The notes beneath the pieces were generated by a model. The model ran no database searches and had not been told where the DNA came from. It saw nothing but the letters and a program-made list of their open reading frames with translations. Shown piece after piece: positions 57,701-64,000 of a stretch of DNA of 64,000 nucleotides. Position numbers and translations under genes: made by a program. The first letter of the stretch is position 1, and every line of letters starts with the position of its first letter. Source of the stretch: Methanobacteriota archaeon (GTDB lineage: Archaea; Thermoplasmatota; Poseidoniia; Poseidoniales; Poseidoniaceae); NCBI GenBank assembly GCA_018650165.1, contig JABIGM010000035.1:7542-71541 (forward strand), written 5' to 3'.

Positions 57701-58242
57701 ATTCACGTGAAGATAATTGGCCAGGAGTATTTGTAGAGAATGCAACTTCTGCCGACATGTGCCCACTAGTCGCTCCTGATGGGCGTTTCGATGATGACAT
57801 CAATTACCCGGGGTGCTTACTTTCTGAGCCGAGTGATGGTGGTAAAACGACTACAGATGATACAACAGCAAGTGCCGATGAAGGAATGGACACAATTACA
57901 ATCATCGGAATAGTTGGCGGATTAGTTGTCTTGGTACTAGTTGGAGTAATTGGCATGATTATAATGAAGAAACCACAATCGAAAAAGAAACGTTCTAGTC
58001 CTAAACCACTGACTGACTTACCACCTCCTGGTGCCCCAACGCCAGCTCCGTTGCCTCTTTCAGAAGATGTAACTGAAGATGGTGAATCCACTGGAAGTGA
58101 AGATACAGTAGGCTCTTGGGAAGATTTACCCGCAGGGGATTACCTAGATCCTGATGAAAATGGAACGGTCTGGTTCAAAGCAAATGATGGCGATAATTGG
58201 TATCAAAATGGCGATGGGACTTGGACAAAATGGCAAGATTAG
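54736..58242 (+). CDS. Giant surface protein: signal peptide, SBBP-type beta-propeller repeats, thrombospondin type 3-like Ca-binding repeats, DxDGDGY repeats, TM anchor, cytoplasmic tail
   Basis: N-terminal hydrophobic signal (ATAILISVLLSVVPAMS). Repeats such as DSNDNVYGTGYFQG and DANDNLYVTGYYQN. At least 7 modules of DDDNDGxxDxxDxC. DSDGYGDN-type repeats. TM helix ITIIGIVGGLVVLVLVGVIGMIIM followed by KKPQSKKKR. Confidence 0.8.
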   Translation: MRRTLATAILISVLLSVVPAMSHTGSVVEVYEEIIIDDKIIDDSQLTLAQIEALNSVGMGRSTNTNWSAAGGSLQDDEIYEMIFDSQGDLIVCGTIYQASQFGSIQVETEGEGDILLAKLTKTGSWEWAVSAGTALYYDECRGVTIDSNDNVYGTGYFQGSVNFGNTTVTTTGFDGWLARVNSTGEFDWAIKFGGFDVDVGWDLAADANDNLYVTGYYQNFTEFDATQLFAQGQSDNARFFVAYYNTSSSQWDWAKDTSGNGNSIPYQIVVEPSTNAAYIAGYSTGTEQWDSTFSSSPQSTYAGFVVKYSDSGNFIWGQNTGGNQCFGGNCGVYFNNIVLHPDGGVVVGGNFLQTYKKQGGTIVSGQGSWDVLLLRYAENGSQIWDYHAGGADDDRLQALSVNPKGQVQFGGRHLDDMKFGTTTLLKNTSFYKYDGFIAQVDNDSDFQWGMSIGGADNDTVGALLAMNDGTLIAGGDFSGTVWFGDTPRTATDQDVFVWMFQHDKDDDGVTDYTDNCLNTANSNQSNFDEDLKGDACDTDDDNDGLHDALDDCQYGFLDWNQSNTSLDYDADGCKDIEEDDDDDNDGILDSADNCITGVLDWTVNSTSDLDGDGCRDVDEDSDDDGDSVLDIEDNCHYTSNPLQEDYESDGIGDICDGDDDGDGIDDTVDDCAQGSLNWTSASQTDKDSDGCEDEGSNEDLDDDNDGIFDVDDSCPRGETGWNSSQSNDRDGDGCRNDNEDNDNDNDSVINEVDLCKNGIAHWRKNASNDNDADGCIDDREDSDDDNDGFSDLIDFCPLQEGTATLGGTKGCPDFDSDGYADTVDAFFQDETQWNDGDDDGYGDNPSGNNPDDCPFVWGNSSADRTGCFDGDGDGYSNPELSWSVTQGADAFVDEPSQWSDADSDGYGDNFAGVFVDYCTNDEGTSTIDRYGCPDVDGDGYSDTDAFWGFDKWDSLGYGPDMFPLDATQWYDTDSDGFGDNWGESAWNDSREDNWPGVFVENATSADMCPLVAPDGRFDDDINYPGCLLSEPSDGGKTTTDDTTASADEGMDTITIIGIVGGLVVLVLVGVIGMIIMKKPQSKKKRSSPKPLTDLPPPGAPTPAPLPLSEDVTEDGESTGSEDTVGSWEDLPAGDYLDPDENGTVWFKANDGDNWYQNGDGTWTKWQD
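56251..57136 (+). repeat. Coding tandem array of TSP3-like modules of about 45-50 aa (Cys-bracketed Asp-rich Ca-binding loops)
   Basis: Periodic C...LDW/LNW...D.DGDGC...DDDNDG..D..D.C pattern in the translated ORF, with a recurring gatgatgatgacaacgatgg-like DNA sequence. Confidence 0.7.
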
Positions 58243-58463
58243 TGTAACCACTTTTTAATTATTGACAAGAAGATTTCACGGTCCTCGCCTTTTGATACCA
58301 ACCATCGCGCATGACGTTCAACCCGGGGGTCTGGTGCACAAGCATTGGTTACGACCATTGCAATATGCGCCATAATTAGGTCTGGTAGAACCTACTCAAA
58401 TGACTTTGCGCATAAACCAACATTCATGACCGGTCTGCGCCACCCTCTGCTTGAGGCCGGAGC

Positions 58464-59846
58464 ATGGTTGACCAACTTCCCAATCTCGGACGCGAAAGCG
58501 AGATGCTAGCAGCCATGGGATTTTCTTCGATGGACGACCTATTTGCAGACATACCCGAAGCGGTAAGAATGAATGGCGAACTTCCTCTGCGTGGCCCACA
58601 ATCCGAAGAGGAGATCATCGCAGACGCACGACATATCCTTGGCGCAAATGTTGCATTAGGTGACCGAGTTAGTTTCCTTGGAGCAGGCCTCAATCGTAAT
58701 TATATCCCTGCCAGTGTCTTCCAATTAATTACTCGCGGTGAATTTTTGACCTCCTACACGCCCTATCAGCCAGAGGTAAGTCAAGGAATGCTTCAAGCGA
58801 TGTGGGAATTCCAGACCTTGATCAGTGAGCTTGTAGGCTTGGAAGTTGCAAATTTATCAGTATATGATGGCTCAACTTCTGCGGCAGAAGCGATTACGTG
58901 TGCAGTTCGCGTCCACAATCGGAAAGCAACACAAAAAGATACAGTTTACATTAGTGAATTGATCCCTCCTGCGAGGGTATCTGTTATCCAAAACTATACT
59001 CAGGGAGGCGGAATCACCATCAAGACCTTACGCCATAATTCAGATGGTACTCTAAATCTTGAGTCCCTGTCTGAAGCGTCTGGATCTTGTGGGATATATG
59101 TCGAGCAACCCAATCCACTAGGGATACTCGATGGGGGGCTTACTCGTGTGAAAGAAATCATTGGTGAGCAAACCGCATTTATCGTTGGTGTTGCTCCTGT
59201 CAGCCTCGGTCTTGTCGAAGCACCGGGTAATTATGGGGCAGATATTGTAGTTGGCGAAGGACAAGCCCTTGGCTCACCAATCACATATGGTGGGCCGCTT
59301 TACGGAATTTTTGCCTGTACGAAAGCGTACTTGCGCCAGATGCCGGGCCGAATAGTCGGACGTTCTATCGATGTGGATGGTAAAGAGGCATTCTGTTTGA
59401 CACTTTCAACAAGAGAGCAACACATTAGGCGCCATCGTGCAACCTCTAATATTTGCACCAATGAAACACTTATCGCTTTGATGGGTGCAATGCATATGGC
59501 ACTGTTAGGTCCAGAGGGCTTGGCAAAATTATCACGTCGCAACATGGCTGCGTGTCAACTCGCAAAACAAAAGTTGTCTGAAATTACCACGATTTCCCTT
59601 CCACATGCAATGAATTGCCACTACAATGAATTTGTAATTGAATTACCCGGTTCAGCAGCAGATTGTATTGAATATTTGGATACTCAAGGTCTTATTGGGG
59701 GATATGATTTGTCCAATTGGTACAATCAGAGAACTAACTGGCTTCTAGTTTCATTCAGTGACCAAACACAGGCTGCAGAAATAGAATTGCTAACTGCTCA
59801 TCTTGCAGTGTGGTCAACAAATATGATTCAGGGGGTGAATGCATGA
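58464..59846 (+). CDS. gcvPA: Glycine dehydrogenase (decarboxylating) subunit 1, GcvPA
   Basis: EMLAAMGFSSMDDLFADIP N-terminus, TSYTPYQPEVSQG, and a length of 460 aa typical of the split P-protein. Confidence 0.9.
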   Translation: MVDQLPNLGRESEMLAAMGFSSMDDLFADIPEAVRMNGELPLRGPQSEEEIIADARHILGANVALGDRVSFLGAGLNRNYIPASVFQLITRGEFLTSYTPYQPEVSQGMLQAMWEFQTLISELVGLEVANLSVYDGSTSAAEAITCAVRVHNRKATQKDTVYISELIPPARVSVIQNYTQGGGITIKTLRHNSDGTLNLESLSEASGSCGIYVEQPNPLGILDGGLTRVKEIIGEQTAFIVGVAPVSLGLVEAPGNYGADIVVGEGQALGSPITYGGPLYGIFACTKAYLRQMPGRIVGRSIDVDGKEAFCLTLSTREQHIRRHRATSNICTNETLIALMGAMHMALLGPEGLAKLSRRNMAACQLAKQKLSEITTISLPHAMNCHYNEFVIELPGSAADCIEYLDTQGLIGGYDLSNWYNQRTNWLLVSFSDQTQAAEIELLTAHLAVWSTNMIQGVNA

Positions 59847-61351
59847 GCCACTTATTCGAACATAATGGTGCAAATGGCAAAGGCTATTCACAACCAGATC
59901 CAATATTCCCAACAGATAACCTTCAGATTCCATCCACTCTAGTCAGAGATGAATTACCGAAGTGGCCCCGCTTATCAGAACCTGAAATGGTCAGGCATTA
60001 CACCTGGCTCTCAAATCGTAATTTTGGAATTGACACAGGATTCTATCCACTTGGTTCATGTACAATGAAGCATAATCCACGAGTCAATGAAGTGATTGCT
60101 CAGCTACCTGGGATTGCTGATTTGCACCCGTTACAACCTGAACACCAGATACAGGGGACTCTTGCAATCTTCCATGAAATGCAAGAGATGCTAGGTATCT
60201 GTGCCGGCATGGATGATGTAACATTACAACCAGTTGCAGGTGCACAAGGGGAGTTTACTGCAATACGTTGTTTCCAAGAATATTTCCGAAGCCGTGGTGA
60301 GACAAATCGAACGAAAGTGATTGTGCCGGATTCCGCTCATGGAACTAACCCGGCGAGTGCTTCGATGGCTGGTTTTGAGATAATTGAAATTCCGAGTCAA
60401 GAAAATGGACGCCTCGATTTGGATGCATTACGGGCAGTTGTTGGTGATGATACGGCTGCAATGATGATCACAAATCCAAGTACACTCGGGGTATTCGAAC
60501 CGGAGATTGCTGAAGCAGCAGAAATTGTACATGCTGCCGGTGGCCAAATGTACTATGATGGTGCAAATTTCAATGCGATTCTTGGTAGAACCTCTCCTGG
60601 GATTATGGGTTTTGATGCAGTTCACTACAATCTTCACAAGACATTCAGCCAACCACATGGTGGCGGAGGTCCGGGTTCCGGCCCAATTGGTGTTAAGGCA
60701 CACTTGGCTGAATATTTACCTGGCCCTATCGTAAAACGCCGACCTATCTTGTCAGGAGACCGTTTAACTTCGGTTAACCAAGAATGGTGGTACCATTGGC
60801 AAGAGCCTGAAAAGAGCATTGGAAAGGTGCAGCAATGGCACGGTAATAGCGGCGCAGTAATCCGCTCGTGGGCTTTTTATCGACGGTATGGTAAAGATTT
60901 GAAAACTATGTCTGAGCATGCTGTATTGAATGCGAATTATTTACGTCATCGAATCCTGAAAGAAGCTGAAGAGAAGGGCGTCAGTCATCTATTCTGTGAT
61001 GGAGCACCGGTTGATGTAGTCAAACACGAGTTCACACTTTCACTTGCCCCTATGAAAGAGCAACTAGGAGTGAGTGCAATGGATGTAGCGAAAGGTTTGC
61101 TTGACAAGGGGTACATGTCACCCACAGTTTACTTCCCACTAATTGTACCAGAATGTATGATGGTAGAACCCACTGAAACAGAATCCAAGGAAGTCTTGGA
61201 CGAATTTGCAACTAATTTTGTTGAAGTCTTGCAAGAGGATGCGGAAGTTTTGCATGCTGCACCAATCACTACTGATGTCAGGCGTGTCGACGAAGTATAT
61301 GCTGCTAGAAACTTGGTACTATCATATCCATTTGATGAAGATAACAGTTAG
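59843..61351 (+). CDS. gcvPB: Glycine dehydrogenase (decarboxylating) subunit 2, GcvPB
   Basis: ORF 59810..61351. The ATG at 59843 overlaps the gcvPA stop (ATGA). NLHKTFSQPHGGGGPG with the PLP lysine; YPLGSCTMKHNP. Confidence 0.9.
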   Translation: MSHLFEHNGANGKGYSQPDPIFPTDNLQIPSTLVRDELPKWPRLSEPEMVRHYTWLSNRNFGIDTGFYPLGSCTMKHNPRVNEVIAQLPGIADLHPLQPEHQIQGTLAIFHEMQEMLGICAGMDDVTLQPVAGAQGEFTAIRCFQEYFRSRGETNRTKVIVPDSAHGTNPASASMAGFEIIEIPSQENGRLDLDALRAVVGDDTAAMMITNPSTLGVFEPEIAEAAEIVHAAGGQMYYDGANFNAILGRTSPGIMGFDAVHYNLHKTFSQPHGGGGPGSGPIGVKAHLAEYLPGPIVKRRPILSGDRLTSVNQEWWYHWQEPEKSIGKVQQWHGNSGAVIRSWAFYRRYGKDLKTMSEHAVLNANYLRHRILKEAEEKGVSHLFCDGAPVDVVKHEFTLSLAPMKEQLGVSAMDVAKGLLDKGYMSPTVYFPLIVPECMMVEPTETESKEVLDEFATNFVEVLQEDAEVLHAAPITTDVRRVDEVYAARNLVLSYPFDEDNS

Positions 61352-61403
61352 AGTTGCTTTGTTTTACAAAATGGTTCAAGGCTAGTAACTATCAGCGTGT
61401 ACC

Positions 61404-61937
61404 ATGGAATGGGAGGAAGTATCGATTCCGGGCCCCGGCCCGAAGATGCTTTGGCCAATGGCGTGGTCCATTCTCCCACTTGCAGGGGGTCTTCTTTTGT
61501 TGCTTCAAGACCGAGGTTTACTAGCGACTGGCGCGCTTGCTCTTGGTGTGATGCTATCTCTTGTCGCAGTATGGATTGGAACTAATGCGATGCCAGGGCG
61601 AGTAGACATGCTAGTTCTACTAGTATCTCCATTTGCAGCCTTTATCCTATTATTCCAGCCTCCCGCTGCAATTCAAGCACTTCTTGCACTTGTGCCATGG
61701 GTAATCAATTATCGAACAGCAGCCTCACTTTCAGCACTTTCAGGAACAGCATACCGCCGTGACTGGGACCCTCGCGAACCGCTTCCTGAGATTACAGGTG
61801 CGACCTATATGCATCGCAGGTGGGCCGCAAGACCTCTTCTGCGGGTCGGCTCCAATATTGTGAGAGGTATACGCTTAGATGACCGAATTATGTTAGAGGC
61901 TGATGCTCCGATTACTTTTACATTTAGTGAGGAGTGA
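61404..61937 (+). CDS. Hypothetical membrane protein (4 TM helices plus soluble C-terminal domain)
   Basis: 177-aa ORF, Leu/Ala/Pro/Arg-rich. Sampled GC is higher than in the flanking genes. Confidence 0.45.
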   Translation: MEWEEVSIPGPGPKMLWPMAWSILPLAGGLLLLLQDRGLLATGALALGVMLSLVAVWIGTNAMPGRVDMLVLLVSPFAAFILLFQPPAAIQALLALVPWVINYRTAASLSALSGTAYRRDWDPREPLPEITGATYMHRRWAARPLLRVGSNIVRGIRLDDRIMLEADAPITFTFSEE

Positions 61938-61958
61938 GCAAAAGCATTTGCTACCTAC

Positions 61959-62555
61959 TTGTTTGCTTCTTTACTTATGCACGAATATCCGCTCGACATT
62001 CGAGGATTAATCCTCCGCCACTTACAACCAAATCAAGACTATCGTTGGGTGGCACCATTTTTATGGTCTGGTGAGATTGAACTTAGGGCCTATCTAGATG
62101 ATCCCGCTTTATTGGCGCGCTATCGAGTTCTGTTGGAAGTTGATTGCTCAGGGCAAGGAAGAATTATTCCGCGCGCAGTTGGAATTGCTGCAAGACAGGG
62201 GCGGCTAACCCTTGCACACAATCTTATGGCGGCACATATACGCGGTATTCGGCCAGAAATGGAACTCGAAGCACGTGCACTTAGCCTATTGAATGACGAA
62301 AAGCGGAAGGTTAGACGCTTGCTTAATCGTAATAGAGAGTGGCCCAAAGATGTATGGAATTTGCATGATACGCCGGCTTGGATAATTCCTGCTTTCATTC
62401 GGAGATTTCGACAACAGGTCAACAGCCGTCCGATATCAATAATTTCTGGTGGACATCTTTTAGCGGCGGGAAATTGGATGTGGGATATCGCTACTAAGTC
62501 TCATTTGGCACTCCAAGCGACCCCCTATGAATATCCCAATACCTCATTAGATTAG
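61959..62555 (+). CDS. Hypothetical basic (Arg-rich) protein
   Basis: 198-aa ORF with no recognised motif. Its composition contrasts with the acidic neighbours. Confidence 0.45.
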   Translation: MFASLLMHEYPLDIRGLILRHLQPNQDYRWVAPFLWSGEIELRAYLDDPALLARYRVLLEVDCSGQGRIIPRAVGIAARQGRLTLAHNLMAAHIRGIRPEMELEARALSLLNDEKRKVRRLLNRNREWPKDVWNLHDTPAWIIPAFIRRFRQQVNSRPISIISGGHLLAAGNWMWDIATKSHLALQATPYEYPNTSLD

Positions 62556-62617
62556 AGGTCGAGATGATTGTATGTATACGCGGCACGTTGATGAACCACC
62601 GTCCATGGCACAACACC

Positions 62618-63100
62618 ATGGACGTTACAATCCTACTCGGCTCCAAGTCGGATATGCCAGTTGCTGAAAAATGTACTAAGATTCTAGACCACTTCGGAGT
62701 CTCATACCAATTACGTGTTGCAAGTGCACACCGTTCGCCAGCATTTGTTGAGCAAATTATCCATGATGCAGAAGCGGATGGATGTACTGTTTTCATCGCA
62801 ATGGCAGGATTAGCAGCAGCATTGCCTGGTGCAGTGGCAGCATTAACTACCAAGCCAGTAATTGGCGTTCCTTGTGGTGGCAGAGTTCCTTTCGATAGTT
62901 TACTTTCAATTGTACAACTGCCTCCAGGGGTGCCTGCAGCGACTGTAGGTGTTGACCGTGGCGATAATGCTGGATATCTTGCGACACAAATCCTTGCTCT
63001 TGGTAATGAGACTTATGCTGCTGCACTAAAGCAGAATAAACTTGACCAAGTTGCAAAGGTTAAGCAAATGGATGCTGAGGTCAACGGAAGGGATGTTTGA
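62618..63100 (+). CDS. purE: N5-carboxyaminoimidazole ribonucleotide mutase / AIR carboxylase PurE
   Basis: ORF 62564..63100. ATG at 62618 gives MDVTILLGSKSDMPV. VASAHRSP and GLAAALPGAVAALT motifs. Confidence 0.9.
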   Translation: MDVTILLGSKSDMPVAEKCTKILDHFGVSYQLRVASAHRSPAFVEQIIHDAEADGCTVFIAMAGLAAALPGAVAALTTKPVIGVPCGGRVPFDSLLSIVQLPPGVPAATVGVDRGDNAGYLATQILALGNETYAAALKQNKLDQVAKVKQMDAEVNGRDV

Positions 63101-64000
63101 TGTTTGACACAACATCATTCATTGAAGAATCATCTCAAAAAATGAAAGATGAAATTGATGATATTGCAATAATTGCGTGCAGTGGTGGAGTAGATTCTAC
63201 AGTTGCAGCAGTTATCGCTAGTCAAGCGGTTGGTGACAAACTCCATTGTGTCTATGTCGACACTGGACTCATGAGAAAAGATGAGACTAAAGAAATCCAA
63301 GAAATGCTTGCTGATCATGGACTAAATCTGACAACAGTATTTGCTGAAGACCGTTACTTCGATGCACTTGCAGATGTGACTGAGCCTGAACAAAAGCGTA
63401 AAATTATTGGCGAACTATTCATCAGGATATTCGAAGAGGAACAAGATAAAGTTGGTGCGAAATATCTGGTACAGGGTACGATTGCACCAGATTGGATAGA
63501 ATCCGGTGGCGGCGTTCGTGACACAATCAAAAGTCACCACAATGTAGGGGGTTTACCTGACGATATGACTCTTGAAGTTGTAGAGCCTCTTCGTGATTTG
63601 TATAAGGACGAAGTCCGTGATCTCGCTCATGCTCTGAAAATCAAGGTCGCAGATCGTCAACCATTCCCTGGCCCAGGACTAGCAGTTCGCTGTCTTGGAC
63701 CTCTTACTCGTGAGCGTGTTCATGTTGTACGTGAGTCATGTGCAATTGTCGAAGAGGAATTCGAAGCAGCAGCAGCGGAAGGAAAGATGGAGATTCCATG
63801 GCAATATTTCGCAGCATTACTTCCTGTCCGTTCAGTTGGGGTTCATGGAGATGTTAGAGCATATGGCGAAACTGTCGTTGTGCGTGCGGTCCAGTCACTA
63901 GATGGTATGTCTGCTCGTTACTCAGAAATTCCACATGCTGTGCTGGCAAAGATTAGTACGCGTATAACTAACACAGTAAAGGGTGCGGTGAACCGAGTCG
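63100..64000 (+). CDS. guaA: GMP synthase (glutamine-hydrolysing) subunit B, ATP pyrophosphatase domain; 3' partial at window end
   Basis: Hand translation from the ATG at 63100 (TGATG overlap with the purE stop) gives MFDTTSFIEE...IIACSGGVDSTVAA (PP-loop), KRKIIGELFI, YLVQGTIAPDWIES and KSHHNVGGLP. The frame is open to 64000 and is absent from the ORF track because no stop lies in the window. Confidence 0.9.
   Translation, partial: MFDTTSFIEESSQKMKDEIDDIAIIACSGGVDSTVAAVIASQAVGDKLHCVYVDTGLMRKDETKEIQEMLADHGLNLTTVFAEDRYFDALADVTEPEQKRKIIGELFIRIFEEEQDKVGAKYLVQGTIAPDWIESGGGVRDTIKSHHNVGGLPDDMTLEVVEPLRDLYKDEVRDLAHALKIKVADRQPFPGPGLAVRCLGPLTRERVHVVRESCAIVEEEFEAAAAEGKMEIPWQYFAALLPVRSVGVHGDVRAYGETVVVRAVQSLDGMSARYSEIPHAVLAKISTRITNTVKGAVNRV

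Noticed and set aside
58310-58340. tRNA-like T-loop sequence GTTCAACCC
   Set aside because: No flanking acceptor, D or anticodon stems can be drawn. It is an isolated motif only.
1-64000. Mobile elements, prophage, integrases, rRNA/tRNA genes, CRISPR arrays
   Set aside because: No transposase, integrase or phage-like ORFs were recognised in any frame. No tRNA cloverleaf, rRNA-like segment or repeat-spacer array was found by visual scan. A tRNAscan/Infernal run would be needed to exclude small RNAs formally.

Overview
The window is densely coded (about 60 genes) and looks like archaeal chromosome. The archaeal calls rest on archaeosine tRNA-guanine transglycosylase, CTP-type riboflavin kinase, NadM-type NMN adenylyltransferase, a split GMP synthase subunit B, a DRG GTPase and TatC. 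Moderate GC (about 42-43% in hand-counted samples), an acidic proteome and a giant Ca-binding surface protein suggest a planktonic Thermoplasmatota/Marine Group II-like organism; this is inference only. I found no rRNA, tRNA, CRISPR array, transposase or integrase.

Recognisable blocks:
- One-carbon and glycine metabolism: folD, kbl, gcvT, gcvPA and gcvPB, plus a class V aminotransferase.
- A complete bacterial-style suf operon (sufCBDSE plus a DUF59 gene).
- A tandem double ABC-2 exporter.
- Cofactor genes: ribK, pdxT, NMNAT.
- purE and guaA.

Most interesting candidates:
1. A translationally coupled operon joining a DUF835-like protein, a bacterial DnaA/Hda-type AAA+ ATPase and a YkgJ Cys-cluster protein (8835-12753).
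2. A ThiR-like (HTH + ThiN) regulator coupled to a sodium:solute symporter (possible ThiV-like vitamin B1 precursor uptake). It sits next to a roughly 700-nt AT-rich spacer with palindromes and a 14-nt TPP-riboswitch-like fragment.
3. An apparently circularly permuted GDPD phosphodiesterase.
4. An ArcTGT that has lost all four zinc ligands.
5. A gcv cluster split by a 1168-aa propeller/TSP3 surface protein.

All functional calls come from motif recognition by eye. No searches were run.
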